Shown: piece by piece, positions 1 through 10,640 of the stretch | How the letters are laid out: each line of letters starts with the position of its first letter | How positions within the stretch are numbered: position 1 is the stretch's first letter | Origin: an uncultured Eudoraea sp. | GTDB taxonomy: Bacteria; Bacteroidota; Bacteroidia; Flavobacteriales; Flavobacteriaceae | Assembly: GCA_964636005.1 (NCBI GenBank) | Contig: CAZWPZ010000044.1 | Coordinates: 9,694-73,693 of the forward strand | Direction of reading: 5' to 3' | Length of the DNA stretch: 64,000 nt | Notes under the pieces: generated by a model | Seen by the model: only the letters and a program-made list of their open reading frames with translations | Told to the model about the DNA's origin: nothing | Databases searched by the model: none | Position numbers and translations under genes: made by a program

Positions 1-696
1 ATTCCACAATACCTCATGGATGGCGTTGTAGACGTTGCCATTATTGGTGAAAATGTTTTGCTCGAAAAAGGAGGTGACATTCGCATCAGTGAAAAGCTAG
101 GTTTTTCAGGATGCAGGGTTTCTTTGGCTGTCCCAAAATCTTTTGAATACAACTCGATTAAGGATTTAGACGGGAAGAAAATTGCTACCTCATATCCAAA
201 TACGCTAAAGAAGTACTTAGAAAAACAAGAGGTCCAAGCAGATTTACATATAATAAATGGCTCCGTTGAGATTGCACCAAATATCGGACTTGCAGATGCT
301 ATCTGCGATATAGTTTCAAGTGGCAGCACTTTATTTAAAAATAATCTCAAAGAAGTTGAGGTTATGTACAAGAGTGAGGCAGTTTTAGCGATTTCACCCA
401 AAATTGACAAAGAAACAACCGAGATTTTGGAAGAAATAAAATTCCGAATTAAGGCCGTGCTTCGAGGAAGAAATTCTAAATACGTCCTGATGAATGTACC
501 TGATGCAAGCTTGAAAAATGTTATTGAAATATTACCCGGGATGAGAAGTCCAACGGTACTTCCACTTGCGGAAGAAGGCTGGAACTCAGTGCATACGGTG
601 ATTAATCGAGATAAGTTTTGGGAGGTAATTAATGAATTAAAACAAGCTGGTGCAGAAGGAATTTTGGTTTGTCCTATTGAGAAGATGGTATTATGA
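1..696 (+). CDS. hisG: ATP phosphoribosyltransferase, 3-prime part (gene starts upstream of window)
   Basis: The frame is open from base 1 (IPQYLMDGVVDVAIIGENVL). HisG signature EIAPNIGLADAICDIVSSGSTL is present. It is followed directly by hisD. Confidence 0.9.
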   Translation: MPQYLMDGVVDVAIIGENVLLEKGGDIRISEKLGFSGCRVSLAVPKSFEYNSIKDLDGKKIATSYPNTLKKYLEKQEVQADLHIINGSVEIAPNIGLADAICDIVSSGSTLFKNNLKEVEVMYKSEAVLAISPKIDKETTEILEEIKFRIKAVLRGRNSKYVLMNVPDASLKNVIEILPGMRSPTVLPLAEEGWNSVHTVINRDKFWEVINELKQAGAEGILVCPIEKMVL

Positions 697-1994
697 AAAA
701 GTATATTAATCCACCTAAAGAAGAGTGGAACGACATTTTAAAACGCCCTGTCACTGAGCTTTTGGATATAGAAGATACCGTGCTATCCGTTTTTGCAGAG
801 GTAAACGAAAATGGCGATGCTGCTATTGCTAAATATACAATGCAATTTGACGGCGTTAACCTAACCAGTAATTCTGTATCTTCTGAGGAAATTAAAAACG
901 CAGAAATCCTTGTTTCTGACGAGCTAAAGATGGCTATTAAACAGGCCAAGTCTAATATTGAAAAATTTCACGGCGGTCAACAAACAGCCCGCCTGGAAAT
1001 GGAAACCTCAGAAGGTGTACAATGCTGGCAAGAAAAAAGACCAATTCAAAAAGTAGGATTGTATATTCCAGGAGGTACAGCGCCATTGTTTTCTACAATT
1101 TTAATGTTAGCTGTTCCAGCTACTATAGCAGGTTGCTCTGAAATAGTCCTTTGTACACCACCAAACAAAGAAGGGACCGTAGATCCTATTATTCTATATA
1201 CAGCGCATTTGTGTGGGGTAAGTAAAATCTTTAAAGTTGGAGGTATACAGGCAATTGCAGCATTGACTTTTGGTACAGAAACAATACCTCAGGTATATAA
1301 AATATTTGGTCCGGGAAATCAATATGTAACGGTTGCAAAACAATTGGCAACCAAATATGGCGTGGCAATAGACATGCCTGCCGGTCCAAGTGAGCTACTG
1401 GTTATGGCAGACAATACCGCTGTACCATCCTATGTAGCGGCAGATCTGTTAAGTCAGGCAGAACACGGGGCAGACAGTCAGGTAATCTTAGTAACCACTT
1501 CCAAGGATATGTTAGAATCAGTCAGAAAAGAAGTATTTGCACAAATGCCGCAATTACCCCGGAAAGAGATCGCTGAAAAAGCCATAGAGAATAGCAAGTT
1601 AATCTATGTTGAAAAGGATAAGGAGGCCATAGAATTGATAAATGAATACGGACCAGAACATTTTATAGTTTGTACAGAAAAGGAAGATTTTTATGTAAAA
1701 AATATTGTAAATGCAGGTTCTGTCTTTTTAGGTAATTATACCCCGGAGAGTGCAGGAGATTATGCTTCAGGGACCAACCATACCTTACCAACAAATGGCT
1801 ATGCCAAACAATATAGTGGCGTGAATCTAGATAGTTTTATGAAAAGCATGACCTTCCAGAAAATTAGCCAGACGGGTATAATAAACCTAGGTAAGACAAT
1901 AGAATTAATGGCAGAAGCCGAAGGATTATTTGCCCATAAAAACGCGGTATCCATTCGACTTAAAGATATAGAAAACTCTAACGGCAGAAATTAA
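693..1994 (+). CDS. hisD: histidinol dehydrogenase
   Basis: 433 aa. Motifs GPGNQYV, AGPSE and SQAEHGADSQ. ATGA overlap with the hisG stop. Confidence 0.95.
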   Translation: MKKYINPPKEEWNDILKRPVTELLDIEDTVLSVFAEVNENGDAAIAKYTMQFDGVNLTSNSVSSEEIKNAEILVSDELKMAIKQAKSNIEKFHGGQQTARLEMETSEGVQCWQEKRPIQKVGLYIPGGTAPLFSTILMLAVPATIAGCSEIVLCTPPNKEGTVDPIILYTAHLCGVSKIFKVGGIQAIAALTFGTETIPQVYKIFGPGNQYVTVAKQLATKYGVAIDMPAGPSELLVMADNTAVPSYVAADLLSQAEHGADSQVILVTTSKDMLESVRKEVFAQMPQLPRKEIAEKAIENSKLIYVEKDKEAIELINEYGPEHFIVCTEKEDFYVKNIVNAGSVFLGNYTPESAGDYASGTNHTLPTNGYAKQYSGVNLDSFMKSMTFQKISQTGIINLGKTIELMAEAEGLFAHKNAVSIRLKDIENSNGRN

Positions 1995-1995
1995 G

Positions 1996-3051
1996 GTGGA
2001 AAACACAAAGATGAAGTTTAATATAGACCTACTGGTTCGGGATAGTATTAAAGGCTTAGAACCGTATTCTTCGGCTCGGGATGAATATACTTCTGGTGGA
2101 GGGGAGATGGTCTTTTTGGATGCAAACGAAAGCCCATATCCCAATGGTGTAAATAGATATCCGGACCCACAACAGAGATCGTTAAAGTCTGAAATAAGTA
2201 AAAAATTCGATGTTGTCGAAAGTTCTATTTTGCTAGGAAATGGCAGTGACGAGGTGCTGGATTTGCTCTATCGTGCGTTTTGCGAGCCCAATGTAGACAA
2301 TATCCTTACCATGCCCCCGACATATGGCATGTACAAAGTTCTTGCAGGAATCAACGCAATTGAAAATAGAGAAATACTTCTGACAAAAGACTTTCAATTG
2401 GATGTATCAAAAATCTTGGAAGTTGCAGATAGTAATTCCAAACTCTTGCTATTGTGTTCTCCTAATAATCCCACTGCCAATAGTTTTGATCGCGCTGCCT
2501 TGTTGAGTCTTGTGGAACAGTTTAAAGGTATAGTTGTTGTAGATGAGGCCTATATAGATTTTGCAGAACAAGAAAGTCTATTGAGGATTCTCCACAAATA
2601 TCCAAATCTGGTCATTACCAGAACGTTTTCTAAGGCGTATGGTTTGGCTGGTGTGCGACTAGGAGTCTGTTTTGCTTCTAAGGATGTCATAGAGGTTTTA
2701 AATAGAATAAAACCTCCATATAATGTAAACGAATTAACGCAAGTTCGAGCGTTGCAGGAAATAATAAATGCAGAAATAACGGAGGAGAGAATATCAGAAA
2801 TTAAAAAAGAAAGAGAACGCCTCATCGAAGCTCTTGAGGGTATAGATTATATAAAGAAAATCTACCCATCGGATGCCAATTTTATTCTTGCCAAAGTAGA
2901 CAATGCAGGAAACAGATACCAACAGCTCATAGACAAAGGTATTGTCGTTCGAAACAGATCATCTCAACCCTTATGTGAAAACTGCCTGCGTTTTAGCGTA
3001 GGTCTCCCAATAGAAAATAATATGCTCTTAAGGGCATTAGAAGAATTATAA
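1996..3051 (+). CDS. hisC: histidinol-phosphate aminotransferase
   Basis: Motifs SPNNPT and [15 protein letters not shown] (PLP lysine). GTG start at 1996, one nt after the hisD stop; an alternative ATG lies at 2011. Confidence 0.92.
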   Translation: MENTKMKFNIDLLVRDSIKGLEPYSSARDEYTSGGGEMVFLDANESPYPNGVNRYPDPQQRSLKSEISKKFDVVESSILLGNGSDEVLDLLYRAFCEPNVDNILTMPPTYGMYKVLAGINAIENREILLTKDFQLDVSKILEVADSNSKLLLLCSPNNPTANSFDRAALLSLVEQFKGIVVVDEAYIDFAEQESLLRILHKYPNLVITRTFSKAYGLAGVRLGVCFASKDVIEVLNRIKPPYNVNELTQVRALQEIINAEITEERISEIKKERERLIEALEGIDYIKKIYPSDANFILAKVDNAGNRYQQLIDKGIVVRNRSSQPLCENCLRFSVGLPIENNMLLRALEEL

Positions 3052-4202
3052 TGGAAATAGGAAGTACCAAGAAGAAAGTTTTGTTTATCGACAGGGATGG
3101 CACCCTCATTTTAGAGCCAGAAGATGAACAAATAGATAGTTATGAAAAGCTAAGGTTTTACCCAAAAGTTTTTAGTCAATTATTTAGAATTGTAAAAGAA
3201 CTAGATTACGAATTGGTCATGATAACGAACCAGGATGGATTAGGCACTGCCTCTTTTCCTGAAAATACGTTTTGGCCAGTACATAATTTTATTGTTAAAA
3301 CCTTCGAAGATGAAGGAATTGTTTTTTCCGAAATACTGATAGACAAGACCTTTCCACATGAAAATGCAAATACCCGAAAGCCCGGCACGGGAATGCTAAC
3401 TAAGTATTTTTCGGAGTTATACGACTTAAAAAATTCCCTAGTAATTGGAGATCGATTAACAGATATGGAGTTGGCAATTAACTTAGGTGCCAAAGGAATC
3501 TATTTAAATAATTCCGAGGGGTTGGGAGAAGATGAAGTAAGGGCCTCTGATGATGCTTTAAAAGAAGTTATAGTATTGGAAACAGGAAAATGGACGGATA
3601 TTTATAATTTCCTTCGATTGAAAGATCGATTTGCAGAAATTGTACGTAAGACCAAAGAGACCGACATCTATATCAAAATAGGCCTGGATGGAACAGGAGA
3701 ATCTGAAATCAATACAGGAATACCATTTTTTGATCATATGTTAGAGCAAATCTCCAGACATGGAACTATCGATTTAAAAATTGACGTTAAGGGCGATCTG
3801 GAGGTAGACGAACATCACACCATAGAAGATACAGCTATTGCCTTAGGTGAAGCTTTTCAAAAAGCGTTGCAGGATAAAATGGGCATGGAGCGTTATGGCT
3901 TCTGTCTTCCAATGGACGATTGTCTTGCTCAGGTAGCTATCGACTTTGGAGGCCGCAATTGGCTGGTATGGGAGGCAGAATTTAACCGGGAAATGATAGG
4001 GAAGATGCCAACAGAAATGTTTTATCATTTCTTTAAGTCCTTTTCGGATGGTGCGAGAGCTAATTTGAATATAAAAGCCGAAGGCACCAACGAACATCAC
4101 AAAATCGAGGCTATTTTTAAATCATTCGCTAAAGCGATAAAAATGGCATTAAAAAGAGATCCAGACAAGATGTTTCTTCCATCAACTAAGGGAATGCTTT
4201 AG
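3051..4202 (+). CDS. hisB: bifunctional histidinol-phosphatase / imidazoleglycerol-phosphate dehydratase
   Basis: N-terminal HAD motif FIDRDGT. IGPD motifs [14 protein letters not shown] and [15 protein letters not shown] overlap with hisC. Confidence 0.95.
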   Translation: MEIGSTKKKVLFIDRDGTLILEPEDEQIDSYEKLRFYPKVFSQLFRIVKELDYELVMITNQDGLGTASFPENTFWPVHNFIVKTFEDEGIVFSEILIDKTFPHENANTRKPGTGMLTKYFSELYDLKNSLVIGDRLTDMELAINLGAKGIYLNNSEGLGEDEVRASDDALKEVIVLETGKWTDIYNFLRLKDRFAEIVRKTKETDIYIKIGLDGTGESEINTGIPFFDHMLEQISRHGTIDLKIDVKGDLEVDEHHTIEDTAIALGEAFQKALQDKMGMERYGFCLPMDDCLAQVAIDFGGRNWLVWEAEFNREMIGKMPTEMFYHFFKSFSDGARANLNIKAEGTNEHHKIEAIFKSFAKAIKMALKRDPDKMFLPSTKGML

Positions 4203-4236
4203 TGTTTAATAAATTTTGGAAACCGAGTAGTAGCGT

Positions 4237-4818
4237 ATGAAAACGGTAATAATAGATTATGGTGCAGGTAATATTCAAAGTATTAAGTTTGCCTTCGAAA
4301 GATTAGGCGTTACTGCAAACCTGTCCAGTAATTGGGAAGAAATCGAAAAAGCAGATCGTGTAATTTTTCCAGGGGTGGGTGAAGCTAGCAGTGCGATGGA
4401 TAAATTACAAAGGAGTAACTTAGATCGATACATCCCAAGCTTAAAGCAACCAGTACTGGGAATTTGCTTGGGGATGCAGCTTATGTGTAACTCTTCTGAA
4501 GAAGGGAAAACCAAGGGGTTAGGAATTTTTGATACCGATGTTGTACGCTTTACGAATAGGGTTAAAGTTCCACAAATAGGCTGGAATCAGATTACACAAC
4601 TAAAGTCCTCTTTATTCCAGTCGATTCCGGACAAGGAATATATCTATTTAGTGCATAGTTATTACGCTCCAATATGTGCCAATACCATTGCTGTTTCAGA
4701 ATATGATAAACCCTACAGCAGTGCCCTGCAAAAGGAGAATTTTTATGGTGTTCAGTTTCATCCGGAAAAGAGTAGTGAAGCTGGCGCAAAAATTTTAAAA
4801 AACTTCTTAGAGTTATAA
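4237..4818 (+). CDS. hisH: imidazole glycerol phosphate synthase, glutaminase subunit
   Basis: Catalytic Cys motif GICLGMQL and the GVQFHPEKS His/Glu motif. Confidence 0.95.
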   Translation: MKTVIIDYGAGNIQSIKFAFERLGVTANLSSNWEEIEKADRVIFPGVGEASSAMDKLQRSNLDRYIPSLKQPVLGICLGMQLMCNSSEEGKTKGLGIFDTDVVRFTNRVKVPQIGWNQITQLKSSLFQSIPDKEYIYLVHSYYAPICANTIAVSEYDKPYSSALQKENFYGVQFHPEKSSEAGAKILKNFLEL

Positions 4819-4822
4819 ACAA

Positions 4823-5233
4823 ATGTCTAAGATTAGAATAAGTACAGATAAAACAGAATTAGACGTTGAAAGGATTTATCAATTTCTCTCACAAAGTTCG
4901 TATTGGGCAAAAGAACGGACTAAAGAAGAGCTATTGTGCTCTATACAAAACTCGATGTGTTTCGGTGCATTTAGAGGTGTAGATCAAATTGGATTTGCCA
5001 GAATAGTTACTGATACGGTAGTATTTGGATGGGTAATGGATTTTTTTGTTTTAGAATCGGAACAGAAAAAAGGAGTCGGACAACTTTTAATGGACACCAT
5101 TTTGAAAACACCGGAGATCAAAAATGTAACAAGTGTAGCTTTACGAACGAGAGACGCCCATAGATTTTATAATAAATTCGACTTTGAAGAAATACCAGAA
5201 CCTAATACATGGATGTTAAAACGAAAAAAATGA
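4823..5233 (+). CDS. GNAT family N-acetyltransferase embedded in the his operon
   Basis: 136 aa. Acetyl-CoA loop QKKGVGQLL. The stop overlaps the hisA ATG (ATGA at 5230-5233). Confidence 0.75.
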   Translation: MSKIRISTDKTELDVERIYQFLSQSSYWAKERTKEELLCSIQNSMCFGAFRGVDQIGFARIVTDTVVFGWVMDFFVLESEQKKGVGQLLMDTILKTPEIKNVTSVALRTRDAHRFYNKFDFEEIPEPNTWMLKRKK

Positions 5234-6006
5234 GACTTATACCTGCAATTGACATCATTGATGGTAAATGTGTACGACTTTCACAGGGCGATTATAACAC
5301 AAAGATTGTCTATAACGAAAATCCCCTGGAGGTAGCTAAAGCATATGAAAATCATGGTATAGAGCATTTGCATTTAGTCGATTTAGATGGGGCAAAAGCC
5401 AATCATATTGTCAATTATAAGATATTAGAGAACATAGCCAGTAGAACAAATCTTTTGGTCGATTTTGGTGGCGGACTAAAGACGGATGAAGATCTGCGTA
5501 TTGCTTTCAATTCTGGTGCCTCACAAATTACTGGCGGAAGCATAGCTGTAAAGGACCCGGATACTTTTATCAATTGGATCGAGCTTTATGGAGCTAATAA
5601 AATTATCCTCGGAGCAGACGTACATCAGCGTAAAATTGCCATTTCGGGATGGGAAGAAGAAACCGATATAGAGCTTCTCCCATTTGTAAAGAAATTCGTA
5701 AAAAAAGGAATATCGTACATCATCTGCACGGACATACAAAAAGATGGTATGCTAGAAGGTCCGTCCTTTGCTCTGTATAAGCAATTATTGGCAAATACTA
5801 TGGTGCATAAAACAGAGGTTACCGGGAGTGGGGTAGAAGATTGGGATGAATTTGGGATTAAATTAATTGCCAGTGGTGGAGTAAGCTCCTTAAAAGACCT
5901 TGAAGGCTTAAAGGATATAGGCTGCGAGGGAGCAATTATTGGTAAAGCTATTTACGAAAATAGAATTTCACTTGCGGAAATAGAGGATTTTATATTAAAC
6001 AGATGA
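5230..6006 (+). CDS. hisA: 1-(5-phosphoribosyl)-5-[(5-phosphoribosylamino)methylideneamino]imidazole-4-carboxamide isomerase
   Basis: Motifs [22 protein letters not shown] and ASGGVSS. I prefer the ATG at 5230 (coupled to the GNAT stop) over the track start at 5209. Confidence 0.9.
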   Translation: MRLIPAIDIIDGKCVRLSQGDYNTKIVYNENPLEVAKAYENHGIEHLHLVDLDGAKANHIVNYKILENIASRTNLLVDFGGGLKTDEDLRIAFNSGASQITGGSIAVKDPDTFINWIELYGANKIILGADVHQRKIAISGWEEETDIELLPFVKKFVKKGISYIICTDIQKDGMLEGPSFALYKQLLANTMVHKTEVTGSGVEDWDEFGIKLIASGGVSSLKDLEGLKDIGCEGAIIGKAIYENRISLAEIEDFILNR

Positions 6007-6527
6007 AAAAGAAAGAAGTTAGTTGGGAGAGTGAAATAATTGAAAATGCATGTTTTCGGTTAGATGAAAGTACCCGAATGCTAAAGAAATGTCTTCCCCT
6101 TTGGAAAGAAGAAGAAATATGGATAAAACCGAATGAAGTTGCTAATAGTATCGGAAATTTAATCCTTCATATATGTGGTAATATGACCCAGTATATTATT
6201 GCTTCATTAGGAGAAAATAGAGATACGCGTAATCGAAAAGAAGAGTTTAGAATTCAACAAGGTCCTGAAATTTCTGCATTAGTTAAAAAACTCGAGGGCA
6301 CGGTTGCTAAGGCTAAAGCCATACTAAGAGCTAGCTCAAAGGAAGACTTATTGAAATATCGAAAAGTACAAGGATTTAGTTTCTCTGGAATAGGAGTGGT
6401 TTTACATGCCGTAGAACACTATTCCTATCATACAGGTCAAATTGCAATTTGGACCAAAATGATAAAGAATAAAGATCTTGGATTTTACAAGGGTTTAGAC
6501 TTGGATAAAAAAAACGAAAAAGCATAA
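6003..6527 (+). CDS. DinB-like (DUF1572-type) four-helix-bundle protein embedded in the his operon
   Basis: 174 aa. His-rich motifs LILHICGNM and [13 protein letters not shown] are typical of the DinB/YfiT fold. ATGA overlap with hisA and TAATG overlap with hisF. Confidence 0.65.
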   Translation: MKKKEVSWESEIIENACFRLDESTRMLKKCLPLWKEEEIWIKPNEVANSIGNLILHICGNMTQYIIASLGENRDTRNRKEEFRIQQGPEISALVKKLEGTVAKAKAILRASSKEDLLKYRKVQGFSFSGIGVVLHAVEHYSYHTGQIAIWTKMIKNKDLGFYKGLDLDKKNEKA

Positions 6528-7282
6528 TGTTGACAAAGAGAATAATTCCTTGCTTGGACATAAAAGACGGAAGAACTGTTAAAGGAGTCAACTTTGTGGC
6601 GCTTAGAGACGCTGGAGATCCTGTGGAACTTGCAGAAATCTATGCTAAGGAAGGTGCTGATGAATTGGTGTTTTTGGATATATCTGCAACAGAAGAAAAA
6701 AGAAAGACCTTAGCAAAATTAGTACGTAATGTTGCATCCAAGGTAAATATACCCTTTACTGTGGGTGGTGGAATATCCTCGATTGAGGATGTCGATGTAT
6801 TACTACAAAATGGTGCAGATAAGGTCTCCATTAACTCCTCAGCAGTGAAAAATCCTGAACTAATAAATGAGTTAGTACAAAAATTTGGATCGCAGTGTAT
6901 AGTTGTGGCAATTGATGCCAAAAAGGTAGAAGGAGAATGGTTAGTTCATTTAGTAGGTGGAAAGGTACCGACGGAAATAGAACTTTTTTCATGGTCAGAA
7001 GAAGTAGAAAGGAGAGGGGCAGGCGAAATATTATTTACCTCTATGGATCATGATGGAACAAAGAATGGTTTTGCGAATGAGACATTAGCGAAACTCTCAT
7101 CGGAGCGGAATATACCTATAATTGCTTCTGGGGGAGCTGGTAAAATAGATCATTTCTTAGATGCATTTGTAAAGGGAAAAGCAGATGCGGCACTAGCTGC
7201 CAGTGTTTTCCACTTTAAAGAAATAAGTTTTAAGGAATTAAAAACTTCTCTAAGAGAAAATCATATTCCAGTTCGTCTTTAA
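6527..7282 (+). CDS. hisF: imidazole glycerol phosphate synthase, cyclase subunit
   Basis: Motifs [24 protein letters not shown] and ASGGAG. Confidence 0.95.
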   Translation: MLTKRIIPCLDIKDGRTVKGVNFVALRDAGDPVELAEIYAKEGADELVFLDISATEEKRKTLAKLVRNVASKVNIPFTVGGGISSIEDVDVLLQNGADKVSINSSAVKNPELINELVQKFGSQCIVVAIDAKKVEGEWLVHLVGGKVPTEIELFSWSEEVERRGAGEILFTSMDHDGTKNGFANETLAKLSSERNIPIIASGGAGKIDHFLDAFVKGKADAALAASVFHFKEISFKELKTSLRENHIPVRL

Positions 7283-7304
7283 GTTCGATCTTTAATCTAA
7301 ACGT

Positions 7305-7913
7305 ATGAAAAAAATAGCATTTGATAAAAATCCGGATGGTCTAGTACCAGCCATAGTTCAAGATAACACGACCAAGGTGGTTCTGATGTTGGGGTATATG
7401 AATGAGGAGGCATTGGATAAGACTTTGGAACTTAAGAAAGTTACATTTTTTAGTAGAAGCAAAAATCGATTGTGGACCAAGGGCGAAGAAAGTGGAAATT
7501 ATTTGGAATTGGTGAGCTTACAAGTGGATTGTGACAAGGATACCGTTTTGCTTAAAGTTAATCCAATGGGACCAACTTGCCATAAAGGCACCGATACCTG
7601 CTGGAATGAAAAAAATATAGCTACTTATGGTTTCCTTTCGCAACTAGAAACAATTATCGAAAGTCGAAAAGCACAAAAAGATAAAGGGAAGAGTTATGTA
7701 AGTTCTTTGTTTACAGCCGGAATAAATAAAGTAGCACAAAAGGTGGGTGAAGAAGCTGTTGAAACGGTGATCGAAGCAATGGACAATAAAGATCATTTAT
7801 TCCTGGAAGAAAGTGCCGATCTATTATTTCATTACCTCATTTTACTTCAGGCAAAGGGTTTTTCTCTGAAAGACATCGAAAGTGTATTGCAAAAGCGCCA
7901 CGCAAATTCCTGA
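7305..7913 (+). CDS. hisIE: bifunctional phosphoribosyl-AMP cyclohydrolase / phosphoribosyl-ATP pyrophosphatase
   Basis: Motif DCDKDTVLLKVNPMGPTCHKGTDTCW (HisI). C-terminal HisE helix EEAVETVIEA...ESADLLFHYLILL. Confidence 0.92.
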   Translation: MKKIAFDKNPDGLVPAIVQDNTTKVVLMLGYMNEEALDKTLELKKVTFFSRSKNRLWTKGEESGNYLELVSLQVDCDKDTVLLKVNPMGPTCHKGTDTCWNEKNIATYGFLSQLETIIESRKAQKDKGKSYVSSLFTAGINKVAQKVGEEAVETVIEAMDNKDHLFLEESADLLFHYLILLQAKGFSLKDIESVLQKRHANS

Positions 7914-7975
7914 AGGATATAGTTAAGATTTCTTAAAAAAGGTTCCTTTTTTCCTAAATGTAGTATTTTTAGTAA

Positions 7976-9112
7976 ATGACTATGAAAACAGGAAAAGGGT
8001 TTCATTTTAGTACCTATAATGCACCCAATTTAACACCTTTTGAGAAACTCTTTGAAATATTTCAGGAGTTGATAACCCATACCTCCGGAGACGTGGATGA
8101 GGCTTTAGACTGGTTGAGAGAACTGGACAAGGAATACGAGCTGACCGATGAGGACTACACTATTGAAGATTTTATAGAAGATCTTAAAAACAAAGGCTAC
8201 TTAAGAGAAGAAGTTGAAGCAAAAGAAGATGGTGAAGGAGATGGCAATAGTGGACTTTCCATTACTGCAAAAATGGAACGTATACTTCGAGAACGTGCTT
8301 TGGAACAGCTTTTTGGCAAATTAAAACGAAGTGGTAGAGGCAACCATAGAACTGGAAAAGCTGGTTTAGGCGATGAGCATACCGGCGATTTCCGTGAATA
8401 TCGCTATGGGGATTCGTTAGAAAGCATTTCTATTACGGAGAGTTTAAAAAATGCTCAGATTAATCATGGTATGGACAGTTTTATCTTGTCTGAAGAAGAT
8501 TTGGTCGTCGAAGAGACCCATCACAAGGCACAAATGAGTACAGTTCTCATGATAGATATAAGCCATTCGATGATTCTTTATGGTGAAGACAGAATTACAC
8601 CAGCAAAAAAAGTAGCGATGGCTTTGTCCGAATTCATCACTACAAGGTACCCAAAGGATAGTTTGGATATATTGGTGTTTGGCAATGACGCCTGGCCCAT
8701 ACCCATTAAAGACTTACCCTATCTAAAGGTAGGGCCATATCATACGAATACGGTAGCCGGTCTGCAACTTGCGATGGATATGCTACGAAGAAAGCGGAAT
8801 ACCAATAAACAGATTTTTATGATAACAGATGGCAAGCCCAGCTGCTTGCGAATGCCAGACGGAAGTTATTATAAAAATAGCGTTGGATTAGATGATTTTA
8901 TTGTAGAGAAGTGCTACAATACGGCACGTCAGGCAAGAAAACTACACATTCCTATCACTACCTTTATGATTGCCGAAGATCCTTATCTCAGACAGTTTGT
9001 TAGACATTTTACAGAAGCAAATAAAGGCAAAGCTTTTTATACAGGGCTAGATGGATTAGGGGAAATGATTTTAGAAGACTACGAAAAAAATAGAAAAAGA
9101 AAGATTAAATAA
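7976..9112 (+). CDS. VWA domain-containing protein
   Basis: 378 aa. MIDAS motif VLMIDISHSM, then MITDGKPS. Paired with the downstream AAA+ gene. Confidence 0.8.
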   Translation: MTMKTGKGFHFSTYNAPNLTPFEKLFEIFQELITHTSGDVDEALDWLRELDKEYELTDEDYTIEDFIEDLKNKGYLREEVEAKEDGEGDGNSGLSITAKMERILRERALEQLFGKLKRSGRGNHRTGKAGLGDEHTGDFREYRYGDSLESISITESLKNAQINHGMDSFILSEEDLVVEETHHKAQMSTVLMIDISHSMILYGEDRITPAKKVAMALSEFITTRYPKDSLDILVFGNDAWPIPIKDLPYLKVGPYHTNTVAGLQLAMDMLRRKRNTNKQIFMITDGKPSCLRMPDGSYYKNSVGLDDFIVEKCYNTARQARKLHIPITTFMIAEDPYLRQFVRHFTEANKGKAFYTGLDGLGEMILEDYEKNRKRKIK

Positions 9113-9145
9113 TATTGCTTAAAGTAACTATTGACAAAAATAACT

Positions 9146-10609
9146 ATGAATTATAAGAAAATTAAAAGCTTAGGAGAATTGAAGGCTGCCGGATATTCTT
9201 CTAAAAGCGTGAAAGACGAATTGAGAAACAATCTCATTACCAAAATTAAGGAAGGGGAAGAGACTTTTAAAGGTATCTGGGGCTATGAAGATTCCGTGGT
9301 TCCAGAATTAGAAAGAGCTATTCTTTCTAAACACAATATTAATCTACTTGGTCTTCGGGGACAGGCTAAAACGCGCCTGGCGCGAATGATGGTAGAACTA
9401 TTGGATGAGTGGGTGCCAGTTGTTGAAGGATCTGAAATAAACGATGACCCTCTACAACCAATTTCTCGATACAGTATGGAATTGATAAAAGAGCATGGCG
9501 ATGACACCCCAATAAGTTGGCTTCACAGAGACGAACGGTTCTATGAAAAATTAGCAACCCCGGATGTCACTGTTGCAGACCTAATTGGTGATGTGGATCC
9601 AATTAAGGCCGCCACTCTAAAACTGTCTTATGCCGATGATAGAGTGATACATTTTGGGATGATTCCAAGAGCCAACCGATGCATATTTGTGATCAATGAG
9701 TTACCCGATCTGCAATCCAGAATACAAGTGTCTTTATTTAATATTTTACAGGAGGGCGACATTCAAATAAGAGGCTTCAAACTCAGACTGGCCTTAGATA
9801 TACAGTTTGTATTTACAGCCAACCCGGAAGATTATACCAATAGAGGTAGTATCGTTACCCCCCTAAAGGATAGGATAGGGTCACAAATCCTGACGCACTA
9901 TCCGGATACTATAGCTATTGCCAAAAAAATCACTGCTCAGGAGGCAGAACTGACCACTAGACAATCTGGTACCATACATGTTCCGGAATTGGCAAAAGAT
10001 CTATTGGAACAGATTAGTTTTGAAGCGAGAACTAGTGAGTATGTGGATTCAAAGAGTGGTGTAAGTGCACGTACCAGCATTACCGGATATGAAAATCTAT
10101 TGAGTACCGCCGAACGAAGAGCACTATTAGCTGGAGATACAAATACGAATATAAGACTGTCTGACTTTATGGGAGTAATTCCTTCCATAACAGGGAAAAT
10201 AGAGCTTGTGTACGAAGGAGAGCAGGAAGGTGCAGACAAGGTTGCTTTGCGCTTAATAGAAGAGGCTATTAAAACCCTATTCCCCCAGTATTTCCCAGAA
10301 ATAAAGAAGTTAGAGAGTAAAGACGCCATATCTCCCTATGATGAAGTAATTCAATGGTTTTTTGAAAGTGAAGGTATGGAATTAATGGACAATATGTCTG
10401 ATAGTCAATACAAAGAAATGCTAGACAATATTCCTGCCTTAAATAATCTGCTCCGCACCTATCATGAAAAGATTGAGAAACGAGACTCCTATTTTTTAAA
10501 GGAATTTTTATTATGGGGTCTGGTAGTGCATAATAAACTTAGCAAAAAAAGAGTCCAGAAAGGATATCAATTTAAGGATCTATACGGGAGTTACATCAGT
10601 AGACTATAA
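9146..10609 (+). CDS. ChlI/BchI-like AAA+ ATPase family protein
   Basis: Motifs LGLRGQAKTRLAR (P-loop variant), CIFVINELPDL (Walker B variant), FTANPEDY and PLKDRIG. I prefer the ATG at 9146 over the TTG at 9131. Confidence 0.78.
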   Translation: MNYKKIKSLGELKAAGYSSKSVKDELRNNLITKIKEGEETFKGIWGYEDSVVPELERAILSKHNINLLGLRGQAKTRLARMMVELLDEWVPVVEGSEINDDPLQPISRYSMELIKEHGDDTPISWLHRDERFYEKLATPDVTVADLIGDVDPIKAATLKLSYADDRVIHFGMIPRANRCIFVINELPDLQSRIQVSLFNILQEGDIQIRGFKLRLALDIQFVFTANPEDYTNRGSIVTPLKDRIGSQILTHYPDTIAIAKKITAQEAELTTRQSGTIHVPELAKDLLEQISFEARTSEYVDSKSGVSARTSITGYENLLSTAERRALLAGDTNTNIRLSDFMGVIPSITGKIELVYEGEQEGADKVALRLIEEAIKTLFPQYFPEIKKLESKDAISPYDEVIQWFFESEGMELMDNMSDSQYKEMLDNIPALNNLLRTYHEKIEKRDSYFLKEFLLWGLVVHNKLSKKRVQKGYQFKDLYGSYISRL

Positions 10610-10640
10610 CAGGAATACTTTCTTTAACGGCGCATTTGTT

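Noticed and set aside
674-949. A 91-aa minus-strand ORF. It is representative of the many 60-130 aa ORFs in the track that lie antisense or out of frame inside strongly supported genes. Other examples are 1926-2144, 2550-2825, 3206-3493, 9937-10329, 19309-19593, 22343-22741, 43602-43970, 51443-51781 and 56144-56734.
   Set aside because: Each is fully contained in a longer gene with clear family motifs. They have skewed low-complexity composition (Ser/Leu/Phe/Ile rich, the mirror of the AT-rich sense codons). None has an independent start context or any neighbour logic.
7935-7952. AAAAAAGGTTCCTTTTTT, a palindrome after hisIE, considered as a terminator.
   Set aside because: The stem would be almost entirely A-U with a minimal loop. 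It is too weak to call with confidence.
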